DNA from: Leucoraja ocellata | Lineage: Eukaryota | DNA length: 64,000 nt | Assembly (NCBI GenBank): GCA_036785375.1 | Contig: JAWMAR010000030.1 | Span: 1,302,001-1,366,000 of the forward strand | Direction: 5' to 3' | Shown here: piece by piece, positions 24,271 to 36,697 of the stretch | Layout of the letters: each line of letters opens with the position of its first letter | How positions within the stretch are numbered: the stretch's first letter is position 1 | Notes under the pieces: generated by a model | The model's database searches: none | What the model saw: the letters and a program-made list of their open reading frames with translations, nothing else | What the model was told of the DNA's origin: nothing | Translations under genes and position numbers: made by a program

Positions 24271-27200
24271 GAATAACGTTTTTTTGTTTCCTCTGGGTAT
24301 GTGAGTACTCGGGGAAAATGACAATAAAGATATACTATGGGTCAGTGACTTCAGGCGAAATTCTTGTATAATGGAGTTATGGTGAATTCCTGTGCTAATA
24401 GCGATGGATCAAATGTCTTCAGTAGCTAAAAGCTGCTTCTTTTCAATGGCTGATGGTAATTTTTTTACTTGTGTGAATTTTAGTCAAAGCCAGCTATTTA
24501 TTGAAGATTGGTGTTTGCTTATTCGAGGTGGGCATTTTATTTGTGCTTTTTTAAACATTTTACTCTTTCTCGAGATTTTTTAGTCGAGGCGGACTTTTTA
24601 CTGGTGAGGACACAACTCTGCGCACCGTTCAATCTGCGAGTCGCCATCATACCCAAAGACATTGACACGTCTACAAGCTTATCCCATCTGGTCTAACTGT
24701 AGGTCTTGAAAGAGCCACCAAAGGTAAGGTGCAGGAATAGCCTTATAGCCCGTTGGCAGGAGATCGTGATCACCTGAGGCCGTGTAAAGAATCGTGTTTG
24801 TGTTGATGAATGTAATGATGAATTCCTGTGCTAATAGACGATGGATCAAGTGTCTTCAGTTGCTCAAAACTTTTTTTTTTTTTTGCAATGACTGATGATA
24901 ATTTTGACATTGGGACGAGCATCATATAAAACCAGCGAATATCTGACAATGAAATTTCTCCTTGCCAGGGATGGGAACCCCCACCAGCGACTCAATACTA
25001 CGTGAAAGAGATACCTAATGGAAAGAAAAGATCCATCCAGGAAAAACGAAGAGCAAGAGCAGAAAATTGAAGCACACTTTTTACAAATGGTTTGTTTTGC
25101 TCTGTGTTTTTGAAAACTATTTAGTCAGGGGCTGGTTGTTTACACGAGGGGTTGTCCACTCGTGTTGTACTTGCTGGGAGTGCGGGCTTCGTCTACAGCA
25201 GAAACTTTCTCAGATTTGGTTTCCTGCTCAAAAATCCATTCATGCTGATTGGACGCAGTCCGAGATCTGACCAGCGTAGGGGGCCGGGTGCTGCAAGAGC
25301 CGCATGTCCACAGGGAGTTCTGCAGTTCCAAGATCGCTCTGACAGGACTGCAGCGCCAGATCTCATTGCTCCCCATTTGGTCCAGTGCTTCCAGCAATCC
25401 AACAAATTGCTCCTTCCACTCCCACAAGCGGGTGACCACTCTGTAATTTAATTATCTTTATTGGAGGGAAAAAAAATTACAGTATCTGATGTATGGCATT
25501 ACATTTCCCTCCATTTTGTTTTTTATAAATAATAATTAAAAAAAAAAAACCCTAACCCGCCCTCCCTAAACACCCCTTGGCAGCTAATGTTTTCACAATA
25601 CAAGTATATCACAAAATCAAATGCACATTTTAACAATAATAAAGTAACAAAACAGAATAAAGGTGGCTCCCCACTTACTGTCAAGTGCCCTCAGTCAATA
25701 GGTGGTTCTTTTAGACCGTTAAAGTATGATAAAAAGGGTTCCCATTTCAAATAACTTTTTCACAGACCCCCTCAATGTGAATTTAATCTTTTCTCGCCTT
25801 AAAAAAAACATCACGTCTTCCAGCCAAGCAGCGGCAGATGGAGGAGAGGTAGATTTCCAGACCAGCAAGATTTTCCTACGGGCCAAAAGTGATGTAAATG
25901 TAATGATATCAGACTGGGTTGTGTTTAAACCCAAGGTTTTATCTGCTACACCAAATACAGCTACAAGCGGGCAAGGTCTCACTGTCATCCCATGGACTTC
26001 ACTGATGGTTTTAAAAACCACTGCCCAGTAGTTACCAAGTTTGGGAGCAAGACCAGAATGCATGAGCTAGATTGGCTGGAGAGAAGGAGCTCCTGTCACA
26101 GCCAGCATCTGTCCCTGGACATATGTCAGCAAGCCTGGCTTTGCTTAAGTGAACCCTGTGTAAAACTTTAAATTGTGTGAGCCCCAATCTAGCACATGAT
26201 GGTGAGGAATGGACTCTTTTCAGTGTTTCTGTCCAGCATTCCTCAGGCAGATCTATTCCAAGGTCGTTCTCCCACCTAGCTTTAACTTTGTTCAGGTTTT
26301 GATCTCCTAAAGACATCAGTTGAGAATATACTACAGAGATCAGTCCTTTATTTGCAAAGGTAAGAGTGAGTTTATCCAACACTGTGACAGGAGGGAGATC
26401 AGGACAAGAAGGACATTTTCATGGCAAAGTGATGGACCTGAAGATATTTAAAGAAATGATAATGTGAGAGGCCATGTTTTTTGTGTAGGTTATCAAAACT
26501 ATCAAATATGTTGTTGGTGTATAAATCCTTAATGCACATATGACCATTCAAACCCCACTGTCTAAAGGTTGAGTCAAGTGTAGAGGGGGGAAATAAATGG
26601 TTACTGTGAATGGGACCCAGAACTGAAGCTGATGTAAACTTATAATGGCAACGAAATTGGTTAAAAATGTTGACGGTGGATAGTACAACAGGGTTGGATG
26701 TAAATCGAGAGTGTTTCAATGGCAGGGAGGAATATACTAAAGCTGGGAAAGACGAGGAGTAACAAGACTGACTCGAGTAGACACCAGTCTGTATCTGGTC
26801 GGTGGAGCCAGAATAATATCTTTTGGATATTGGATGCCCAGTAATAATGAATAAAGCTAGGATGGCCCAGTCCACCTACTTCACGACCTCTTTGGAGAGT
26901 GTACTTATTGACCCTTGGAACCTTGTTACCCCATATAAAGGAGGTTATAGATTGGTTAACTGAGTTAAAAAATCACTTGGATAGGAAAACTGACAAACAT
27001 TGGAACAAGTAAAGAAATCTGGGAAGTACAGTCATCTTCACTGACTGCACTCTCCCAGCCATAGTGAGAAGCAGACTACGCCATCTCTCAAAAGTCAGCC
27101 TTCATTTGGCCAAATTGAGGCATATAGTTAGCTGCAAACAGGGATGTGAAAGAGGGTAATGTGTGTTCCTAGATATACAAAACCTTCTTGAGATATGGGA

Positions 27201-27859
27201 AAGGGCAGGCATTCCTGTCGGTTCTGTAGGGCAAGGTTGATGGGAAAGCATTCGCTTTTTTGGAGGTTTAGTTTATAGCCAGAGAAAGTTCCAAACTGAT
27301 CTAACAAGGACACAATTGCAGGCCCACTGGCTGTAGGGTCGTTCACATAGAGAAGGAGGTCATATAGAGACACACGATGTTCCCTGTTTCCTCTCCTAAT
27401 GCCCTGGAATAATGTGGTTGACCTAAGTGCAATAGAGAGACTCAATTGCAATCGCAAAAAGAAGCGGAGACAAAGGGCATCCTTGATGAGTGCCACGTGT
27501 TAATGGAAAATTATCAGATTGTAAATAATTTGTTTGTATACATGCTAAGGGTGAATGATATAATAGCTTAACCCAGGCCACAAATTTTTTTTGCCGAATC
27601 TAAATATCTCCAAGACTCTGAACAAATATGGCCACTCCACTCGATCGAATGCCTTCTCCGCGTCCAAAGAGATAACAACATCTGGCCGCGAAGAAGCACC
27701 GGGTGAATAGACCACACTGGCCAGTCGGCGGATATTAGAAAAGGAATGACGATTTTTAATGAAACCTGTTTGATCTTCTGAGATTATTTTGGGAAGTTGG
27801 CATTCTAAACTCCTTCGCCAAAATTTTTACATCTACATTCAAAAGTGAGATTGGGCGGT

Positions 27860-28328
27860 ATAGAAAATAGGTGCAGGAGTAGGCCATTTGGCCCTTCGAG
27901 CCTGCACTGCCATTCAATATGATCATGGCTGATCATCCAACTCGGTATCCTGTACCTGCCTTCTCTCCATAGCCCCTGATCCCTTTAGCCACAAGGGCCA
28001 CATCTAACTCCCTCTTAAATATAGCCAATGAACTGGCCTCGACTACCTTCTGTGGCAGAGAATTCCAGAGATTCACCACCCTCTGTGTGAAAAATGTTTT
28101 CCTCCTCTTGGTCCTAAAAGATTTCCCCCTTATCCTTAAACTGTAACCCCTTGTTCTGGACTTCCCCAACATCGGGAACAATCTTCCTGCATCTAGCCTG
28201 TCCAACCCCTTAAGAATTTTGTAAGTTTCTATAAGATCCCCCTCGATCTTCTAAATTCTAGCGAGTACAAACCGAGCCTATCCAGTCTTTCTTCATATGA
28301 AAGTCCTGACATCCCAGGAATGTCTGGT
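27860..28328 (-). mobile_element. CR1 LINE 3' fragment nested in L1
   Basis: ORF 27933..28205 (FFTQRVVNLWNSLPQ...GIRGYGEKAG). It splits the L1 RT just before YRPISL. Confidence 0.9.
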
Positions 28329-28617
28329 TTCCATTATGATCCACATTGTCAGATCCTTGTCTTTTTTTAAGGAGGTTAAATAGTTGCCTGTGAAAGGGTG
28401 AGGGGCAATGAACCTTTTTCCAAAGATTCTTGAAATATTTCTAAAAGAACAGGTGTGAGCTTATCCTTAAATTTCTTATAGAAGTCTATAAGCCGTCATT
28501 ATCCAGGGTTTTACCACTCTGCATCGCCATAATGGCATTATTAATCTCTTCCTGCCCAAGAGCTTGGTCTAGATCTTCTGCCTCTTCTAATTCCAGAGTG
28601 GGTATTTTCAAATCATC

Positions 28618-30830
28618 AGAAACAATGGTTTTGAACTTAAAGAAAGGTAACTTTGAGGGTATGAGACGTAAATTGGCCAAGATTGACTGGCAATTAATTC
28701 TAAAAGGGTTGACGGTGGATATGCAATGGAAGACATTTAAAGACTGCATGGATGAACTACAAAAATTGTTCATCCCAGTTTGGAAAAAGAATAAATCAGG
28801 GAAGGTAGTGCATCTGTGGATAACAAGGGAAATCGGGGATAGTATCAAAGCAAAGGATGATGCAACAAACTAGCCAGAAAAAGTAGCGTACCGGAGGACT
28901 GGGAGAAATTCAGAGACCAGCAGAGGAGGACGAAGGGCTTAATTAGGAAAGGAAAAATGGATTATGAAAGAAAACTGGCAGGGAACATAAAAACTGACTG
29001 CAAAAGTTTTTATAGATATGTGAAAAGAAAGAGATTAGTTAAAACAAATGTAGGTCCCTTGCAGTCAGAAACAGGTGAGTTGATCATGGGGAACCAGGAT
29101 ATGGCGGACCAATTGAATAACTACTTTGGTTCCGTCTTCACAAAGGAAGACATAAATAATCTGCCGGAAATAGCAGGGGCCCGCGGGTCAAAGGAGTTGG
29201 AGGAATTGAGTGAAATCCAGGTTAGTCGGGAAGTGGTGTTGGGTAAATTGAATGGATTAAAGGCCGATAAATCCCCAGGGCCAGATAGGCTGCATCCCAG
29301 AGTACTTAAGGAAGTAGCTCCAGAAATAGTGGATGCATTAGTAATAATCTTTCAAAACTCTTTAGATTCTGGAGTAGTTCCAGAGGATTGGCGGGTAGCA
29401 AACGTAACCCCACTTTTTAAGAAGGGAGGGAGAGAGAATTACAGACCAGTTAGTCTAACATCGGTAGTGGGGAAACTGCTAGAGTCAGTTATTAAAGATA
29501 GGATAGCAGCACATTTGGAAAGTGGTGAAATCATTGGACAAAGTTAGCATGGATTTACGAAAGGTAAATCATGTCTGACGAATCTTATAGAATTTTTCGA
29601 GGATGTAACTAGTAGCGTGGATAGGGGAGAACCAGTGGATGTGGTGTATCTGGACTTCCAGAAGGCTTTCGACAAGGTCCCACATAAGAAATTAGTATAC
29701 AAACTTAAAGCACACAGCATTGTGGGTTCAGTATTGATGTGGATAGAGAACTGGCTGGCAAACAGGAAGCAAAGAGTAGGAGTAAACGGGTACTTTTCAC
29801 AATGGCAGGCAGTGACTAGTGGGGTACCGCAAGGCTCAGTGCTGGGACCCCAGCTATTTACAATATATATTAATGATCTGGATGAGGGGATTGAAGGCAA
29901 TATCTCCAAGTTTGCGGATGACACTAAGCTGGGGGGCAGTGTTAGCTGTGAGGAGGATGCTAGGAGACTGCAAAGTGACTTGGATAGGCTGGGTGAGTGG
30001 GCAAATGTTTGGCAGATGCAGTATAATGTGGATAAATGTGAGGTTATCCATTTTGGTGGCAAAAACGGGAAAGCAGACTATTATCTAAATGGTGGCCGAT
30101 TGGGAAAGGGGGAGATGCAGCGAGACCTGGGTGTCATGGTACACCAGTCATTGAAGGTAGGCATGCAGGTGCAGCAGGCAGTAAAGTAAGCGAATGGTAT
30201 GTTGGCTTTCATAGCAAGAGGATTTGAGTATAGGAGCAGGGAGGTTCTATTGCAGTTGTACAGGGTCTTGGTGAGACCACACCTGGAGTATTGCGTGCAG
30301 TTTTGGTCTCCAAATCTGAGGAAGGACATTATTGCCATAGAGGGAGTGCAGAGAAGGTTCACCAGACTGATTCCTGGGATGTCTTATGAAGAAAGACTGG
30401 ATAGACTTGGTTTATATTCTCTAGAATTTAGGAGATTGAGAGGGGATTTTATAGAAACTTACAAAATTCTTAAGGGGTTGGATAGGCTAGATGCAGGAAG
30501 ATTGTTCCCGATGTTGGGGAAGTCCAGGACAAGGGGGTCACAGCTTAAGGATCAGGGGGAAATCCTTTAAAACCGAGATGAGGAGAACTTTTTTCACACG
30601 GAGTGGTGAATCTCTGGAACTCTCTGCCACAGAGGGTAGTTGAGGCCAGTTCATTGGCTATATTTAAGAGGGAGTTAGATGTGGCCCTTGCGGCTAAGGG
30701 GATCAGAGGGTATGGAGAGAAGGCAGGTACGGGATACTGAGTTGGATGATCAGCCATGATCATATTGAATGGCGGTGCAGGCTCGAAGGGCCGAATGGCC
30801 TACTCCTGCACCTAATTTCTATGTTTCTAT
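28618..30830 (+). mobile_element. 5'-truncated CR1 LINE (RT) nested in L1
   Basis: ORFs 28957..29547, 29617..30189 and 30199..30570 contain [32 protein letters not shown] and FADDTKL; TTTCTATG tail. The L1 reading EHFLD|DLKIPTL rejoins across the insertion. Confidence 0.95.
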
Positions 30831-31213
30831 CTAAGAAATGTTCCATATTCATTGTATCCAAGGGGAATCCTGAGGTGTAAAGAGAAGAATAAAAGGCTGT
30901 GAAAGTATTGTTTATTTGTTTTGGATTGCTTGTTATGTCTTGGTGTATGTTATCTGAGGAGTAAGTCGTGATGGGGATTGACGCTTCAGCTGCTGAGCCA
31001 CAAGCCGGCTCGCCTTATCACCCTATTCATACTAAAGACCACGAGTTCTAAGAATTACTTCTGTTTGATTAGTAGATAGAAGAGTAAATTTCGTTTGTAA
31101 ATCAGCACGGCTTTTATATAGTTGGGCGGTGGGTGCTTCAGAATATTGCCTATCCAGAGCCAAGATGGATTGTAACGGGGTTTGCATTTCCTTTTTACGT
31201 TCTTTATTGGCAT

Positions 31214-31575
31214 TTAACCATATAACAATTACAGCACGGAAACAGGCCATCTCGGCCCTTCTAGTCCGTGTCGAACACTTATTCTCCCCTCGTCCCATCT
31301 ACCTGCACTCAGACCATAACCCTCCATTCCTTTCCCATCCATATATCTATCCAATTTATTTTTAAATGATAAAATCGAACCTGCCTCCACCACTTCCACT
31401 GGAAGCTCATTCCACACAGCTACCACTCTCTGAGTAAAGAAGTTCCCCCTCATGTTACCCCTAAACTTCTGTCCCTTAATTCTCAAGTCATGTCCTCTTG
31501 TTTGAATCTTCCCTACTCTCAATGGGAAAAGCTTATCCACGTCAACTCTGTCTAACCCTCTCTTCATTTTAAAGA
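31214..31575 (-). mobile_element. CR1 LINE 3' fragment (subfamily with ATATGGTT tail) nested in L1
   Basis: ORF 31229..31567 (GNFFTQRVVAVWNELP); nearly identical to 34066-34430. Confidence 0.9.
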
Positions 31576-33439
31576 TATGAAGTATAAGATATGATTTGAC
31601 CTCTTAAGTAGGCTTTTAAAGTTTTCCAAATTAAAGAGCAGGATACGGAATCAGTTTTATTAATTTCTAGGAGTGTGTCTATGTTAGCCGATACAAAACC
31701 GCAAAAATTTTCATTGGAAAGCAAAAGAGGGTTGAGTTTCCAGAGAGGTCATTATATATATATATATAAAAAAAAAAGTCTATTCTGGAAAAAGAATGGT
31801 GAACATGGGGGGGAAAAAAAAAGAGAATTGTCTAGCAGTTGGGTTCAGGAATCTCCAGGGGTCCACATAACCATATTGTTGCATAAACAGTGAGAAGGTC
31901 TTTGCCAAACCAGAAGGTGTCCCCTTAGAAAAAGACCTATCAAGCAGTGGATCAATAGCACAGTTCTGGTCTCCTGAAAAAGTTAGCTGGTGCGTGTTCA
32001 GATCAGGCATAAATGACAAAACCTTATTTGCAAAGTGAACATCATCCCAATTAGGGGCATAAACATTCACTAAAATGACAGGTTTTTGAAAAAGATACCC
32101 GGAAACTATAATAAATCGGCCATTAGGGTCACTGACTATGTCAGACGGTGTCAACTATTCTTTTGTTGATTAATATTGCCACACCCCTGGACCTGCTATT
32201 AAATCTTGAGTGAAAGATCTGACTAACCCACGTTTTATACAGTATTATGATCTTGCAGTCTTAAGTGAGTTTCTTGTAAAAGTAGTATATCTGTTTGTAG
32301 TTGTTTTAGGTGAGAAAAAAACATTAGCTCTTTTAACAGGACCATTAAGCCCCTTTACATTCCAAGATATAAACCTCACTGGATAGCCTCCATCAATATC
32401 TCCATTAGCCATATTTCAAAATATGTTTCAAAAATACATACAGGGTCTCCCATCCAAAACCATGTGAGAGCCCACAATGGAGGGAAAAAAAGAGAAGAAA
32501 AACAAAAAAAAGAAACTTGAGTGCATTTGTAACAATCAAAGAATAAGCTGCCATTACCCAAAAACCCTTCCGTCATCCCCTTACAATAACAAAAAAAAAC
32601 ATTTATCCCCCCCGAAACCTAGATCTTCTTCCCTGACTGAGGACAGAGGACAATCGCAGGCATTACAAAACAAAAAACTTCCAAAGTGTTCCCAAACTAA
32701 AATTTTAGATCCAATTGAAGGTGGCTCCCTTCTTTGAAAGTTGTACAGTCGTTTATTCTACTTTTAAGATATAGGCTAAAGATAACCCCGGACAAGCAAA
32801 GCATTACGAGAAAGAAAGAAGTAAAAAATTGTATCCCAGAGAGTAATCATAGCCATTTACATTTGTGCTGGCTAAAAGTCCTCAACTCGCCACTCTCAAG
32901 TGCATTAGTGAAGGCAACAATTGACTTCTTTGTCTTACAAAGGCAGAGAGAGAGATAATTGTTCTGACACAACTCATTTGTCTTGTAGGTCAGACTGTGG
33001 ATCTGAAAGAAAACCTGAACTGCCTGGAACCCCACAAGGTGCTCCTTCGGGAAGTCATCCGAGATCTATCTGAAGGATGAGATCAGTGCTACCAGAGCTC
33101 AGATGTCATCGACTCACCGAACGCCAGTGAACTTAACTCGGCCAGGTTGTGGACGTGATCCTGCAGGCGTTCCTGCATGTGATCCATCCACGGAGAGAAT
33201 TTGTCCCCTGTTCGAGAAGATGAAGTCCATCTACAACCTTCCTTCGTCCAGTACTACTGGTAAGAGCAGCTGAATATTTTACTCCCTAGGTCTGCTGTTT
33301 TAATTTGTGTGTCAGGATGTTCTATTTCTCTATTTGTAATGCTTAATTAAGAAACGTGCAAGTGTAGTTCAGATGAAGATTTGATGTTTAGACTTGGTAG
33401 CTTGTGTCGTAATTTATTAGTAATGGCATTGTGACAACT

Positions 33440-34045
33440 TAAAGTGCAGTAACAGAAATATTCAAGTTTAACCTACTGAACCCCCCCCCCCCCCCCCCCC
33501 CACTTATGGATCCAGGTGTGATTAGCATGTTTAATTTTTATTATCTCAACAAAATATTTCATGCTGTAATGAAGACTAGTGGTGATGGTAAACTGACTGT
33601 TAAAGATTTTTGGAAATCTTTTAACATTAGAGACTTCATAATGCTTGCTCGTGATGCATGGGACACAGTTGCTGTGTGAATGGTGTTTGATAAAAACTGT
33701 GCCTGCATCTAGTGCCTGACCTGAGAGGTTTTAGGGTTGGTAATGGTCGAGGAAAAGGTTGAGTTTGGCTTAAAGTAGGTTGTGATGAGGTGAGTTGGAA
33801 GACGTGCAGGAGTTATTGGCGTCATTAAAGGGAACTGTCGCTTCAAGATTTGCTTGACCTTAAAAGCGTGGGAACATGAAATAGAGGAGGTTGAGGTTCT
33901 TTGAAATCTAACAGCCAAGTGGTTAACAGACGCATTCTGTTTAATTGAGAGTGCTTCGGCTATTTTGGTGAAGATGATCCAAATAACCAACATAATGCAA
34001 AAGTGTGTAGAAATGTTCTTTCGGTTCTGAAATGTTTCGCTGGTG
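33440..34045 (+). mobile_element. Degenerate pogo/Tigger-type transposase relic (copy 1)
   Basis: From 33506 reads MDPGVISMFNFYYLNKIF...KLTVKDFWKSFNIRDFIMLARDAWDTV, then KLCLHLVPDLRGF after stops. This resembles the Tigger/TIGD1 segment QPMDQGVISTFKSYYL...FWK.F.I.D.I....W...KL...L..DF.GF. Confidence 0.8.
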
Positions 34046-34065
34046 CAATGTGGTTCAAGAAACTG

Positions 34066-35485
34066 ATAACCATATAACAATGACAGCACGGAAACAGGCC
34101 ATCTCGTCCCTTCTAGTCCGTGCCGAACACTTATTTTCCCCCAGTCCCATCTACCTGCACTCAGACCATAACCCTCCATTCCTTTCCCATCCATATACCT
34201 ATCCAATTTATTTTTAAATGATAAAATCGAACCTGCCTCCACCACTTCCACTGGAAGTTCATTCCACACAGCTACCACTCTCTGAGTAAAGAAGTTCCCC
34301 CTCATGTTATCCCTAAACTTCTGTCCCTTAATTCTGAAGTCATGTCCTCTTGTTTGAATCTTCCCTACTCTCAATGGGTAAAGCTTATCCATGTCAACTC
34401 TGTCTATCCCTCTCCTCATTTAAAAACCTATATCAAGTCCCCCCCCCCCCCTCCCTTAACCTTCTGCGCTCCAAAGAATAAAGACCTAACTTGTTCAACC
34501 TTTCTCTGTAACTTAGTTGCTGAAACCCAGGCAACATTCTAGTAAATCTCCCCTGTACTCACTCTATTTTGTTGACATCCTTCCTTTAATTGGGCAACCA
34601 AAATTGTACACCATACTCCAGAATTGGTCTCACCATTTTAACAATTTTACATTACATCCCAGCTTCTATACTCAATGCTCTGATTTATAAAGGCTAGCAC
34701 ACCAAAAGCTTTCTTTACCACCCTATCTACATGAGATTCCACCTTCAGGGAACTATGCACAGTTATTCCCAGATCCCTCTGTTCAACTGCATTCCTCAAT
34801 TTGCTACCATTTACCATGTACGTCCTATTTTGATTTGTCCTGCTAAGATGTAGCACCTCACACTTATCAGCATTAAACTCTGTCTGCCATCTTTCAGCCC
34901 ATTCTTCCAAATGGCCTAAATCTCTCTGTAGACTTTGGAAATCTACTTCATTATCCACAACACCACCTATCTTAGTATTATCTGCATACTTACTAATCTA
35001 ATTTACCACACCATCATCCAGATCATTGATGTACATGACAAACAACAGTGGACCCAACATAGATCCCTGAGGCACCCCACTAGTCACTGGCCTCCAACCT
35101 GACAAACGGCCATCCACCATTACTCTCTGGCATCTCCCATTCAGCCACTGTTGAATCCATCTTGCTACTCCAGCATTAATACCCAACAATTGAACCTGCT
35201 TAACCAATTTTCCATGAGGAACCTTGTCAAAGGCCTTACTAAAGTCCATGTAGACAACATCCGCTGCTTTACCCTCATCAATTTCCCTCATAAACTCTTC
35301 AAAAAATTCAAGAAGATAAGTTAAACATGACCTTCCAGGCACAAATCCAGGTTGACTTCCTAATCGGACCCTGTTTATCCAGATGCTTATATATATTATC
35401 TCTAAGTATCCTTTCCATTAATTTGCCCACCACTGATGTCAAACTAACAGGGCTATAATTGCTAGGTTTACTCTTAGAATCCTTA
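34066..35485 (-). mobile_element. 5'-truncated CR1 LINE
   Basis: ORFs 34998..35342 ([20 protein letters not shown]) and 34647..34958. The empty site is visible in the paralogous sequence AAACTGATGGTTGATGGG at ~43551. Confidence 0.92.
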
Positions 35486-36697
35486 GATGGTTGATGGGAA
35501 GATGTTGTTCTTGAACCTGGAAAGAATGATTGTCTGGTTGCTGAGTGTCTCTAAAGAGGCACCAGCGAGAGCTGCAATTTGCATTTTATTTTGTCTGGAT
35601 GTCTTATTTCTCTATTTGCTTACTTATGAACCCCGCAAGTGTAATTCAGACCTGCATTTGATCTTCAGGCTGTGTAGAAAGAGTCACAATTTATCTATCT
35701 AGCTGCAATACAAAGTGAGGAATAGGCTTTTCTTTTGTTTATGTGTTTCTACTCATTGGTTACATTTGTTTTTACTTGAGATGTTTTTTTAACTTGTATG
35801 TTTTTTACTTGGGATGGTTTTTACAATTGAAGCGAGCTTTTTACTAATGGTTTGTTTTACTCTATTTTTGTAACTGTTTAGTTGGTGGGGAGTGGGGGGC
35901 TTGTTGTTTACTGGAGCAGGTTGTTTACATGAGGGGTTGCCCACTTGTGCTGTACTCATCGCTACCCACCTGGTGCTGTGACTTCCAATGCTTCCAGTGA
36001 CATCCAGTGCTTCCAGCAATCCAACTAATTGCTCCTTCCACTTCCAAAAATGGGTGATCACTCTGGATAGAAGTGTGGGCCAGAGCTCGGTTGTACTAGC
36101 ATTTCCTGTAGGTCAATTAGATGGTGGGTTGGGCAGTATTTGTGATGGATCTGTCAATGCGTTAGTGAAGGCAATAATTAGCTCCTTTGTTTTACAAAGG
36201 CAGAGTGAGATAATTGTTCTGATACCACTCAGGAAACAAAGTAAGGATTAACGGGTCCCTTTCAGAATGACAGGCAGTGACTAGTGGGGTACCGCAAGGC
36301 TCGGTGCTGGGGCCGCAGCTATTTACAATATACATCAATGATTTGGATGAAGGGATTCAAAGTAACATTAGCAAATTTGCAGATGATGCAAAGCTGGGTG
36401 GCAGTGTGAACTGTGAGGAGGATGCTATGAGAATGCAGGGTGACTTAGACAGGTTGGGGGAGTGGGCAGATGCATGGCAGATGAAGTTTAATGGGGATAA
36501 ATGGGAGGTTATCCACTTTGGTAGCAAAAACAGGAAGACTGATTACTATCTAAGAGGCGTCAAGTTGGGAAAAGGGAAAGTACAACGGGATCTGGGGGTC
36601 CTTGTACATCAGTCTATGAAAGTAAGCATGCAGGTACAGCAGGCAGTGAAGAAAGTGAATGGCATGTTGGCCTTTATAACAAGAGGAATCTAATATA

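Larger units (their letters stand above)
25444..32880 (-). mobile_element. Degenerate L1-clade LINE (ORF2 plus upstream spacer), interrupted by three CR1 insertions
   Basis: Minus strand shows APE endonuclease (SWNVKGLN, LLQETHL, DPNGRFIIVSG...VNVYAPN...GDQNC), RT (YRPISLLNVD, SLDAEKAFDRVEW, GYKLNLQKS) and C-terminal motifs (QFKVLHR...C...HAFWSC). AATAAA near 25459. Many frameshifts and stops; no ORF1 recognised. Confidence 0.9.

Noticed and set aside
23132-24276. Repetitive ORFs and a superficially CRISPR-like periodic array
   Set aside because: Units are directly adjacent with no unique spacers, there are no cas genes and the context is vertebrate; the 31/33-bp mix shifts frame.
25436-32896. 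CCACTCT as target-site duplication of the L1 (25436-42 and 32890-96)
   Set aside because: The paralogous empty site at 36055-36165 has ~100 extra bp here, so a deletion accompanied or followed the insertion and the 7-mer cannot be trusted as a TSD.
33481-33501. Poly-C tract as a G-quadruplex element (also 22075-22095 and 38670-38695)
   Set aside because: Simple homopolymer expansions inside decayed repeats; the paralogous site at ~42980 lacks the tract and lengths may be sequencing-inflated.
33709-34419. 236-aa minus-strand ORF
   Set aside because: It is a chance read-through from a CR1 3' end into the antisense strand of the pogo relic.
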